Notes under the pieces: generated by a model
Seen by the model: the letters and a program-made list of their open reading frames with translations, nothing else
What the model was told of the DNA's origin: nothing
Databases searched by the model: none
Program-made: the position numbers and the translations under genes
Assembly: GCA_963749605.1 (NCBI GenBank)
Contig: CAVVNN010000003.1
Location: 85,579 to 149,578, forward strand
DNA: 64,000 nt
Source of the DNA: an uncultured Solirubrobacterales bacterium
GTDB lineage: Bacteria; Actinomycetota; Thermoleophilia; Solirubrobacterales; 70-9
Reading direction: 5' to 3'
Shown here: positions 11,736 to 19,666 of the stretch, piece by piece
Layout of the letters: each line of letters starts with the position of its first letter
How positions within the stretch are numbered: position 1 is the stretch's first letter

Positions 11736-12554
11736 TCATTCCGTTGAGAGCCTCGCATCGATCGGGGAGTGGTCTGAAAGGCGCACTGCAAGGCCGTCCT
11801 CGCGAACCTCGCGTCGCTCGGCTGGCCAGGGGGCCGGCGGGTCGAGCGCCTTCAGGCCGCGAGCCAGCAGGTGGTCGATCGCGGTGGCGGCGGTCGGCGC
11901 CGCCAAGCCGAAGCGCTCGCCCAGCTCGTCGAAGACCTCCGGGCTCTCGGCGGGCCGGAGGTTGAGGTCGCCGCCGAAGAGGAGCGGGCTGTCCCCGGCC
12001 CAGTCGGTCGCGGTGCGCGCGGCCAGCAGCACGTCCTCCGCCGCCAGCTCGGGGCGGTCGTTGGTCGCGTGCAGGTTGGCGACGCAGAGCCCCGAGCCGG
12101 TGCGGGTGAAGGCCATCGCGCGGCGCTCGGGCCTGCCTTCGTGGATCGCCAGCGCGCGGCGCTCGGCGATCGGGCCGAGGGGGCCGGTGCGGCGCACCAG
12201 GGTCAGGTTGGAGCCACCCTCGCCGGAGGCGATCAGGTCGGGATTGAGCCGTGCCGCGAGCGCGCGAAGCGCCCCCAGGGAGTTGCGGGAGGTCAGTGCC
12301 CGGTGGGGCTCCGCTTCGCAGGCCTGCGCCAGCACCGCGGCGAAGCGCGGCGGGCACTCCTGCAGCAGCGCGACGTCCCACTCGGCCTCCGCAAGCACCG
12401 CGGCGAACTCGGCCGAGAGGTCGCGGTTGACCTGGGCGTGGGTGGCGTCGCGCTCGGTGACCCGCAGCAGCCGCGAACGCCAGGTCAGCAGCTTCCGGTT
12501 CGGCGGGAAGTCGCGTCCGTGGAAGAGGTTCCAGCCGATTGCCCTGAGCTCCAC
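11736..12554 (-). CDS. Endonuclease/exonuclease/phosphatase (EEP) family protein
   Basis: 272 aa from GTG 12552-12554 (VELRAIGWNLFHG...). EEP-like motifs LQEC, VANLH, GGDLN, SDHSP. The 615-aa track ORF upstream of this start looks like a GC artefact. Confidence 0.7.
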   Translation of the reverse strand: MELRAIGWNLFHGRDFPPNRKLLTWRSRLLRVTERDATHAQVNRDLSAEFAAVLAEAEWDVALLQECPPRFAAVLAQACEAEPHRALTSRNSLGALRALAARLNPDLIASGEGGSNLTLVRRTGPLGPIAERRALAIHEGRPERRAMAFTRTGSGLCVANLHATNDRPELAAEDVLLAARTATDWAGDSPLLFGGDLNLRPAESPEVFDELGERFGLAAPTAATAIDHLLARGLKALDPPAPWPAERREVREDGLAVRLSDHSPIDARLSTE

Positions 12555-12572
12555 CCGCTTAGTATCTCCAGC

Positions 12573-13457
12573 TTGAAGCGCGATTTCCTCACAGGCGAAG
12601 AGCTGGGCGCGTTCGAGCTGGGCAAGCTGCTCGACCGGGCGCTGGCGCTGAAAGCCGGTCGCCGCGAGCGCCTCGGCGGCGATTCGCTCGCCGGTCGCAG
12701 CGTCGCTCTCGTCTTCGAGAAGCCCTCCACCCGAACGCGAGTCTCCTTCGAGGTCGGCGTGGCCGAGCTGGGCGCGACCCCGGTCGTCCTCAGCGGCGAG
12801 TGGATGCAGATCTCCCGCGGGGAGTCGATCGGCGACACGGCGCGGGTGCTGTCGCGCTACGTCGACGCGATCGTGATCCGCTCCGGCTCCCACGAGGCGG
12901 TCGCCGAGCTGGCTGCCGAGGCCGAGGCGCCGGTGGTCAACGGGCTCACCCCACTCCACCATCCCTGCCAGGCCCTCGCCGACCTGCTCACGCTGCGCGA
13001 GCGCTTCGGCGACCTGGCCGGCCTTCGCCTCGCCTACGTCGGCGACGGCAACAACGTCGCCCGCTCGCTGGCGATCGCGGGAGAGCTCGCCGGGATGGAG
13101 GTCGCGATCGCGGCGCCGCCGGGCTACCAGCTGGAGGAGGGGCACGGAGCGAAGCTGACCGACGACCCGCGCGCGGCGGCGGACGGCGCCGACGCGATCT
13201 ACACCGACGTCTGGGTCAGCATGGGCGACGAGGCGGAGGCCGAGCGCCGCCGCACCGACCTCGCTCCCTTCCGCGTCGACGCCGACCTGCTCGCGGCGGC
13301 GAAGGACGAGGCGGTCGTCCTCCACTGCCTGCCGGCCCACCCGGGCGAGGAGATCACGGCGGAGGTTCTCTACGGTGGGCGATCCGCCGTCTGGGACCAG
13401 GCGGAGAACCGCCTCCACGCCCAGAAGGCGCTCCTGCAAATGCTGCTCGACTCCTGA
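12573..13457 (+). CDS. argF: Ornithine carbamoyltransferase
   Basis: STRTR, HPCQALADL and HCLPAH motifs. TTG 12573 gives MKRDFLTGEEL..., a typical OTC N-terminus. Confidence 0.9.
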   Translation: MKRDFLTGEELGAFELGKLLDRALALKAGRRERLGGDSLAGRSVALVFEKPSTRTRVSFEVGVAELGATPVVLSGEWMQISRGESIGDTARVLSRYVDAIVIRSGSHEAVAELAAEAEAPVVNGLTPLHHPCQALADLLTLRERFGDLAGLRLAYVGDGNNVARSLAIAGELAGMEVAIAAPPGYQLEEGHGAKLTDDPRAAADGADAIYTDVWVSMGDEAEAERRRTDLAPFRVDADLLAAAKDEAVVLHCLPAHPGEEITAEVLYGGRSAVWDQAENRLHAQKALLQMLLDS

Positions 13458-13467
13458 CCTGGGGCTC

Positions 13468-14265
13468 ATGTACCCGCACCTCCACGTCGGCCCGATCACC
13501 CTCCAGACCTTCGGCCTGATGTTCGCGCTGGCGTTCCTCGCCGCTGGGGCGCTGGTCTGGAAGCGGTTGGGGGAGATCGGCAAGCCGGTCGACTGGGCCT
13601 ATGAGATCGGGTTCTCGGCCCTGATCGGCGGCATCGTCGGCTCGCGCGTCTACTTCGTCGTCCAGAACTACAGCAGCGTCAAGCACGACCTCTTCGGCAC
13701 GCTCTTCTCCGGCTCCGGGCTGGTCTGGTACGGCGGCATCGCCGGCGGCGCCCTCGCCGTCGTGCTCTGGGCCTGGTACCGCGATTTCCTCCGCCTCACC
13801 CTGCTCGACCTGGCGGCGCCGGCGCTGGCGCTCGGCTACGCGATCGGCCGCGTCGGCTGCCAGCTCTCCGGCGACGGCGACTACGGCAAGCCGTGGAACG
13901 GGCCCTGGGCGATGTCCTACCCGCACGGCACGGTGCCCACCGACCGCACCGTCCACCCGACACCGGTCTACGAGACGCTGGCGATGGGCCTCGGCGCCTG
14001 GCTCCTCTGGCAGCTCCGCGACCGCTTCCGCGCCGGCGTCCTCTTTGCGATCTACCTGATCTATGCCGGGACCGAGCGTTTCCTGGTCGAGTTCATCCGG
14101 CGCAACAAGGAGGTCGCGCTCGGTCTCACCTCGGCGCAGCTCGAGAGCCTCGGGATGATGGTGATCGGCGCCATCTGGATCTACGCCGTGAAGCGCCGCT
14201 GCGGTAGCCTCGGGCGTCCCGATGGCAGGCTCAGAGCAGCAGACCCCGCAGGCTCCCGTGCCTGA
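13468..14265 (+). CDS. lgt: Prolipoprotein diacylglyceryl transferase
   Basis: Starts at ATG 13468. Multi-TM protein with Lgt-like YAIGRVGCQLSGDGDYG and FLVEFIR segments. Confidence 0.8.
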   Translation: MYPHLHVGPITLQTFGLMFALAFLAAGALVWKRLGEIGKPVDWAYEIGFSALIGGIVGSRVYFVVQNYSSVKHDLFGTLFSGSGLVWYGGIAGGALAVVLWAWYRDFLRLTLLDLAAPALALGYAIGRVGCQLSGDGDYGKPWNGPWAMSYPHGTVPTDRTVHPTPVYETLAMGLGAWLLWQLRDRFRAGVLFAIYLIYAGTERFLVEFIRRNKEVALGLTSAQLESLGMMVIGAIWIYAVKRRCGSLGRPDGRLRAADPAGSRA

Positions 14266-15073
14266 GACCGTCGGCGCAGCGGTCAACGCGGCGGCCGAGG
14301 CGATCGCCGCCGCGGGGTGCGAGGAGCCGCGCGCCGACGCGGAGGCGCTGGTCGCGGACGCGCTCGGCATCGGCGTCGAGGAGCTGGCCCGCGACGGCGC
14401 CGGCGAGCTGACTCCGGAGCTGGCGAGCGCGATCGAAGAGCGCGTGCGACGACGGGCGGACCACGAGCCGCTGGCCTACATCCTCGGCCGCGCCCCGTTC
14501 CGCGACCTCTCGATCGCCGTCGACTCGCGGGTGCTGTGGCCGCGCCGCGAGACCGAGCTGCTGGTCGAGGTCGGCGTCGAACTGCCCGAGGAGGCCCGCG
14601 TGCACGAGGTTGGCACCGGCTCCGGCGCGATCGCCCTGGCCCTGATCTCCGAGCGCCCCGACCTGCGGGTCACCGCCTCCGACCTCTCGCCCGAGGCTGC
14701 GGAAGCCGCCCGGGAGAACGCCGAGCGACTGGGCCTACAGCTCGAGGTGATCGTCGACGAGGGCCTGCCCGATCGGCTCGTGGACGAGGAGATCGACCTT
14801 GTCATCGCCAACCTTCCCTATGTCACCGACTCGACCATCTACGACCGTTCGCCCGAGATCCAACGTGAGCCGCGGATCGCGGTGACGGGCGATTGCGGAG
14901 AGGACGGGCTGGGAGTGATTCGTCGCCTGGTCGGCGAGGTGCGTTCCGGCCAGCGCCTGGCGCTCGAGCACGACACCCACCACGGCCCCGCGATGCGGGA
15001 GCTGCTGCGCGACGCCACCACGCTCACCGACCATGAAGGCGATGAGCGGGTGACAGTCGGCTTCGCCCCATGA
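14222..15073 (+). CDS. prmC: Release-factor glutamine N5-methyltransferase
   Basis: SAM motif VHEVGTGSGAIAL and NLPYV (an NPPY variant). N-terminal PrmC helical domain (PRADAEALVADALG). Confidence 0.85.
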   Translation: MAGSEQQTPQAPVPETVGAAVNAAAEAIAAAGCEEPRADAEALVADALGIGVEELARDGAGELTPELASAIEERVRRRADHEPLAYILGRAPFRDLSIAVDSRVLWPRRETELLVEVGVELPEEARVHEVGTGSGAIALALISERPDLRVTASDLSPEAAEAARENAERLGLQLEVIVDEGLPDRLVDEEIDLVIANLPYVTDSTIYDRSPEIQREPRIAVTGDCGEDGLGVIRRLVGEVRSGQRLALEHDTHHGPAMRELLRDATTLTDHEGDERVTVGFAP

Positions 15074-16554
15074 GCGAGGCTTCACCTGGCTCGACTGAGG
15101 CGGAGCGGCGGGCGAAGGCCGAGCGCCTGCGCGAGGAAGGGATCGACCCCTTCCCTCGCTCCTTCCCCGATCGCACCAAGATCGCCGAGATCCTCGGCGC
15201 GCACGACCCCGCCGGGCTGGGGGAGGGGGAGCACTCCGAGTTCTCCTACCGGATCGCCGGCCGGCTGACCGGGCAACGGAGCCACGGCAAGACCGCCTTC
15301 TTCGACGTTCGCGACCTCTCCGGCACGATCCAGGCGTATGCGCGCCGGGACGCGCTTGGGGAGGAGGCGTACGAGCGGATCGAGGACCTCGACATCGGCG
15401 ACGTCGTCGGCGTCGAGGGCGATCTCTACGTGACCAAGCGCGGCCAGCTCGCGCTCGAGGTCCGCGAGTGCACGCTGCTGGCGAAGGCGCTGCGCGACCC
15501 GCCCGACCTCTTCCACGGCATCTCCGACGTCGAGACTCGCTACCGGCAGCGGGAGCTGGACCTGATGGCCAACGAGCGCTCGCGCGAGGTCTTCGCGCTG
15601 CGGGCGAAGGTGCTGGCGGCGATCCGCGACCACATGAACGAGCGCGGCTACGTCGAGCTGGAAACGCCGATCCTGCAGCGGCTCACCGGCGGCGCCGCGG
15701 CGCGTCCGTTCAAAACGCACCACCACGCGCTCGACCGCCACCTCTTCCTGCGGATCGCGACCGAGCTCTACCTCAAGCGCGCCATTGTCGGCGGCTTCGA
15801 GGACGTCTACGAGCTGGGCAAGTTCTTCCGCAACGAGGGGATGTCGCCGCAGCACAACCCCGAGTTCACGATGCTCGAGTGGTTCGTCAGCGGCGTCGAC
15901 TACAACGGCGTGATGGCGTTTGCCGAGGAGCTCGTCGCCGGCGTCGTCGAGCGGGTCCTCGGCACGACGAAGGTCGAGCGCGACGGCGAGACGATCGACT
16001 TCGCGACCCCGTGGAAGCGGGTGACCGTGCGCGACGCGATCAAGGAGGAGACCGGCGTCGACGTCGTCGAGTCCAGCCGCGACGAGCTGGCCGAGCTGGT
16101 GGGGGCCGACGCCGAGCCCGGCGACGACTGGGCCGCCCTGGTCGACAGGCTGCAGGGCAAGCTGGTCGAGCCGAAGCTGACCCAGCCCACCTTCATCGTC
16201 GACCTCCCGCTCGCGCTCTGGCCGCTGGTGAAGCCGCAGCGAGAAGCGCCCGAGCTGCTCGGCGAGGCCTTCGACGGGATCGTCGCCGGGATGGAGATCG
16301 TCGGCGGCGGCACCGACGTCAACGACCCCGACGAACAGCGCCGCCACTTCGTCGAACAGCGCGAAAGGCAGGAGAAGGGCGCCGAGGAGAACCCGCACGA
16401 GCACGACGAGGAGTTCGTGCGCGCGCTCGAATACGGGATGCTGCCGGCCAGCGGCTGCGGCCTCGGCGTGGATCGCCTGATGATGATCCTGACCGGCTCG
16501 AAGACCCTCCGCGACGTGATCCTCTTCCCCTCGATGCGCGAGCAGGGGCCGTAG
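15070..16554 (+). CDS. lysS: Lysine--tRNA ligase (class II)
   Basis: OB anticodon-binding domain (KTAFFDVRDLSGTIQ) and class II motifs including GCGLGVDRLMMILTG. The ATGA overlaps prmC. Confidence 0.95.
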   Translation: MSEASPGSTEAERRAKAERLREEGIDPFPRSFPDRTKIAEILGAHDPAGLGEGEHSEFSYRIAGRLTGQRSHGKTAFFDVRDLSGTIQAYARRDALGEEAYERIEDLDIGDVVGVEGDLYVTKRGQLALEVRECTLLAKALRDPPDLFHGISDVETRYRQRELDLMANERSREVFALRAKVLAAIRDHMNERGYVELETPILQRLTGGAAARPFKTHHHALDRHLFLRIATELYLKRAIVGGFEDVYELGKFFRNEGMSPQHNPEFTMLEWFVSGVDYNGVMAFAEELVAGVVERVLGTTKVERDGETIDFATPWKRVTVRDAIKEETGVDVVESSRDELAELVGADAEPGDDWAALVDRLQGKLVEPKLTQPTFIVDLPLALWPLVKPQREAPELLGEAFDGIVAGMEIVGGGTDVNDPDEQRRHFVEQRERQEKGAEENPHEHDEEFVRALEYGMLPASGCGLGVDRLMMILTGSKTLRDVILFPSMREQGP

Positions 16555-16557
16555 GAC

Positions 16558-16577
16558 ACGGCGCGAGGCCGCGCCGT
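16558..16577 (+). terminator. GC hairpin downstream of lysS (no U-tract)
   Basis: ACGGCGCG-AGGC-CGCGCCGT: 8-bp stem with a 4-nt loop, starting 4 nt after the lysS stop. It lies between convergent genes. Confidence 0.4.
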
Positions 16578-16642
16578 CGGCTGCGCGCCGTGCGAAGCAC
16601 TGTCGCTCCGCCGCCGCCACGCCCTCGCTTGGTCCTACGACC

Positions 16643-17398
16643 TCAGGACGCTGAATGCAATAGGCCACCGTCGATCGGGATCACGGTGCCGGTGACGTAG
16701 GCGGCGCGCTCGGAGCAGAGGAAGGCGACGAGGTCGCCGTACTCCTCGGGGCGGCCCAGGCGCCCGGCCGGCACTTCGCTTCGCGCCGCCGCCTCGGCGG
16801 CCTCGATCGAACCGGCGTTTTCGGCGAGCCGCTCGGTGGCGAAACGCCCGGTGGCGACGGTGTTGACGGTGACCCCGTCGGCGGCGACCTCGCGCGAGAG
16901 CGTCTTGAGGAAGCCGACCGCCGCCATCCGGTGCGAGTTGGAGAGGTTGAGCCCCGGGATCGGCTCGCGCGTCGAGCTGGAGCCGACGTTGACGATCCGC
17001 CCCCAGCCGCGCTCGCGCATCCCCGGCACAACGGCGCCGGCGAGGATGCGCGGCGCCAGGACCAGCGAGCGGTAGGCCCGCTCCCACTCCTCCAGCTCGT
17101 GGTCGAGGGCGCCGCCCAACGGCGGGCCGCCGGTGTTGGCGACGAGGACGTCGAGCGGCCCGATCGCCGCCTCGACCTCACCCGGCAGCTCCGCCAGCCG
17201 GTCGAGGTCGGCCGCGTCGGCGACGAAGGCGCTCGCCTCGCCGTCGATAGCAGCGACCGCCTCCTCGAGCCGCTCACGCGAGCGGCTGGCGATCGCAACC
17301 CGGGCGCCTTCCCGCGCCAGGGCCGCGGCGATCGCCTCTCCGATCCCGCGACTGGCGCCCATCACCAGGGCGACGCGCCCCTCCAGCCCTAGATCCAC
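16643..17398 (-). CDS. Short-chain dehydrogenase/reductase (SDR) family oxidoreductase
   Basis: 251 aa from GTG 17396-17398 (VDLGLEGRVALVMGASRGIGEAIA, a TGxxxGxG-type motif). The longer track ORF reaching 17758 looks like a GC artefact. Confidence 0.8.
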   Translation of the reverse strand: MDLGLEGRVALVMGASRGIGEAIAAALAREGARVAIASRSRERLEEAVAAIDGEASAFVADAADLDRLAELPGEVEAAIGPLDVLVANTGGPPLGGALDHELEEWERAYRSLVLAPRILAGAVVPGMRERGWGRIVNVGSSSTREPIPGLNLSNSHRMAAVGFLKTLSREVAADGVTVNTVATGRFATERLAENAGSIEAAEAAARSEVPAGRLGRPEEYGDLVAFLCSERAAYVTGTVIPIDGGLLHSAS

Positions 17399-17751
17399 GT
17401 CGCCCCCGCGCCGGGCACCCGCGCACACAAAGCGGCGAACAGCCCCACGGCGACCAGGGCGCCGAGCCAGTGCAGGCCGAAGACGACCGCAATCGCGCTG
17501 ACCACTCCCGCCAGCACCGCCCACACCAGCGTCGGCCCCACCTCCAGCCCCACGACCCGAGCGGTGACCCAGGCGCAGAGCAGCCAGGCGGCCGGCCCCG
17601 CCAGCCACCCCCAGTCGACGAAGAACCCGTGCGAGAAGACGACCGCCAGCACCACGGACAGCAGCGCCACCGCAACCAGCTGCACCAGCGCCACCCGCCA
17701 GAAGATCGCCGACCTCACGGCCGGCATTCTCCCACCTACCTGCATAATCAA
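17389..17751 (-). CDS. Small hydrophobic membrane protein (hypothetical)
   Basis: 120-aa ORF with 3-4 clear TM segments. An alternative start lies at 17727. It overlaps the SDR start by 10 nt. Confidence 0.45.
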   Translation of the reverse strand: MIMQVGGRMPAVRSAIFWRVALVQLVAVALLSVVLAVVFSHGFFVDWGWLAGPAAWLLCAWVTARVVGLEVGPTLVWAVLAGVVSAIAVVFGLHWLGALVAVGLFAALCARVPGAGATWI

Positions 17752-17760
17752 TCGCCACCC

Positions 17761-17833
17761 GGGCGGTTAGCTCAGTTGGGAGAGCGCCTCCCTTACAAGG
17801 AGGAGGTCACTGGTTCGAGCCCAGTACCGCCCA
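17761..17833 (+). tRNA. tRNA-Val (anticodon TAC)
   Basis: Cloverleaf read by hand: acceptor GGGCGGT/ACCGCCC, D arm GCTC..GAGC, anticodon stem CCTCC/GGAGG with loop CTTACAA, T arm with GGTTCGAGCC. CCA is not encoded. Confidence 0.9.
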
Positions 17834-19644
17834 TTCCACTGCTTCGCTCCAGCACGAACAGTTGGAAGTAGGGGATCTGGGAGCTTTTCTGGTAGAGGAT
17901 CGGCAGCTCGTCTTTGCGGTCGGGGTCGGCCGCTGGCTCGTGCAGACCCTGGATCGTCAGACCGGCGTCGAGGAACAGTCGAGCCCAGGTCTCGGTAGTG
18001 CGATGGAAGGTCACGATGGACTCGATGACCGTGTCGCCGAGGGAATTCTCGCGCGACTTGGATACGGGCCCCTCGTCGAAATACTCCTCCAGCACGAACT
18101 CGCGATAGCGCCAGCGACCTTCGATGCGCTCCTTTCGCCAGCCCCCGCGATCCTTGATCGGGTGGGGCAGCGAGATCACCACCCGCCCCTTCGACGATGC
18201 CAGGCGAGCGATATCGGCGATCGTCGGCTGCGGATCCTCGAGATGGTCGAGGACGTTGAGGCAGAGAACGTCGTCGAACGGCCCTTCCAGCTCAATCGTC
18301 GGCACGTCCATGAGCGTGATGCGCTCGGACACGCCGGCCTCCTTTGCGCGCCGCTCCGCCAGCGCGAGCATCTTCTCTCTGGTGTCGATGGCAACCACGT
18401 CCGAGCCGGCCAGGGCGAGCCGGATGCTTTCGTGGCCGCTGCCACAGCCGATGTCGAGGACGCGGCGCCCCGGCGAGCCGGGTACGAGATGGCGCATGAG
18501 GGGATCGAGTACCAAGGCGTTCTGGGATGCTGTCTCGCGCTCCTCGGCGTAGATGTCGGCAAGAGTTGCGTCGCCGGTTGCGGCCCCGCCGCTCAACTCT
18601 CCGCAGGCTGGGCAGTCGGGCTCGCGCACGAAATCCTCGCGGTGCAGCTCGTAGGTCGTCGAATCGATGAGCAGTCGCTGGCCGATCGTCTGAACCGGCT
18701 GACCGAGTAGCCGGCGGATCACCTCGTTTGCCTGCACCGAGGCGACGAGTACGTTCAGGGGCCCCGTAGCTGGGCGCCTGATGCCGGCGGTTGAGGTTCT
18801 CCGGCGCGCTCCCCTCCCGATCCTGCAGGTCCGCCGTGGCGCGGATGCACGCGTAGCAGGCCGACTCCCCGGGAACGACCATCGGGCCGACGACGCCAAA
18901 GGCCTCGATGTAGCCGGCATTCGAGTAGGCGAAGCCGTGACGCAGTGCGGCGTCGTTCATCCAAAGGTGGACGTCGGGCGGGGAGTCGGCTGAAAGTACG
19001 ACCACGTCGCACTCGGCGAAGTGCTCGTCGAGCAGCTCGACCCCGTGGAACGCCGACCGCACTGGCTTCAGGGTGACCTCACCGTTCAGAGCTCGCAGCC
19101 GCTCGGCCGCGACCTCGACCTTCGGCCGACCGACGGCGCCCTCGTCAAACAGCGTCTGGCGGGTGAGGTTCGACAGCTCCACGTCATCGCCGTCGGAGAA
19201 GACGATTGTTCCGACACCCGCTGCGACCAGGGTCGTGGCGAGATTCGTGCCAATCCCGCCGGTGCCGACGAGGCCGACGGTGGCGCCGGCCAGCATCTCC
19301 TGGGCCTCCGAGCCGTTGGCCCCGATCAGGTCGTAGTAGAGGAGGTGGCGGGCGTAGCGACTGGTCGAATCCAGGTCGTCAGTGGCCAGCACGCCCGCCT
19401 CGAGCAGCTCGCCGAGCAGTTGCCTTGCCTGATCCTTGTCGAGGTTTGCCAAGCGCACGGCGTGCGCGATCGCCTCGTCTCGGGTGCGGGGTACCGAGAG
19501 GTAGGCGAGAAGCTCTGGCAGGCCGGGCGGAGCGTCCTCTATTTTGACCGCGCGAGGGGGAAGGGCTCCGACGAGGACGTCGCCGTCTAGCTGGAGAACC
19601 GAGAGGTACTGCGGGACGACCAGCGTGTCACGGGAGGCGTTCAC
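17793..19644 (-). pseudogene. MccB-like ThiF/E1 adenylyltransferase fused to a class I SAM methyltransferase, interrupted by a 1-nt frameshift
   Basis: The 18292-19644 frame holds an about 90-aa N-terminal domain, then E1 motifs GLVGTGGIG, DGDDVELSNLTRQ and a first CxxC (CYAC). The 17793-18920 frame continues the E1 fold (PLNVLVASVQANEVIRRLLG, second CxxC CPAC), then VLDIGCGSG and the rest of a methyltransferase. The frames switch in the GGGGCCCC run at 18758-18765. Confidence 0.8.
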
Positions 19645-19666
19645 GTTCGAGCGCTGGACGCCTCGC

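Noticed and set aside
16643-17758. 371-aa extension of the SDR ORF, and likewise the N-terminal extensions of track ORFs 3619-5043, 11736-13583, 11871-13457, 25029-26144, 32758-33783, 38384-39601 and 48303-49418.
   Set aside because: Family-typical N-termini with in-frame start codons (often overlapping the previous stop) occur well downstream, and the extensions are low-complexity. Coordinates were trimmed accordingly.
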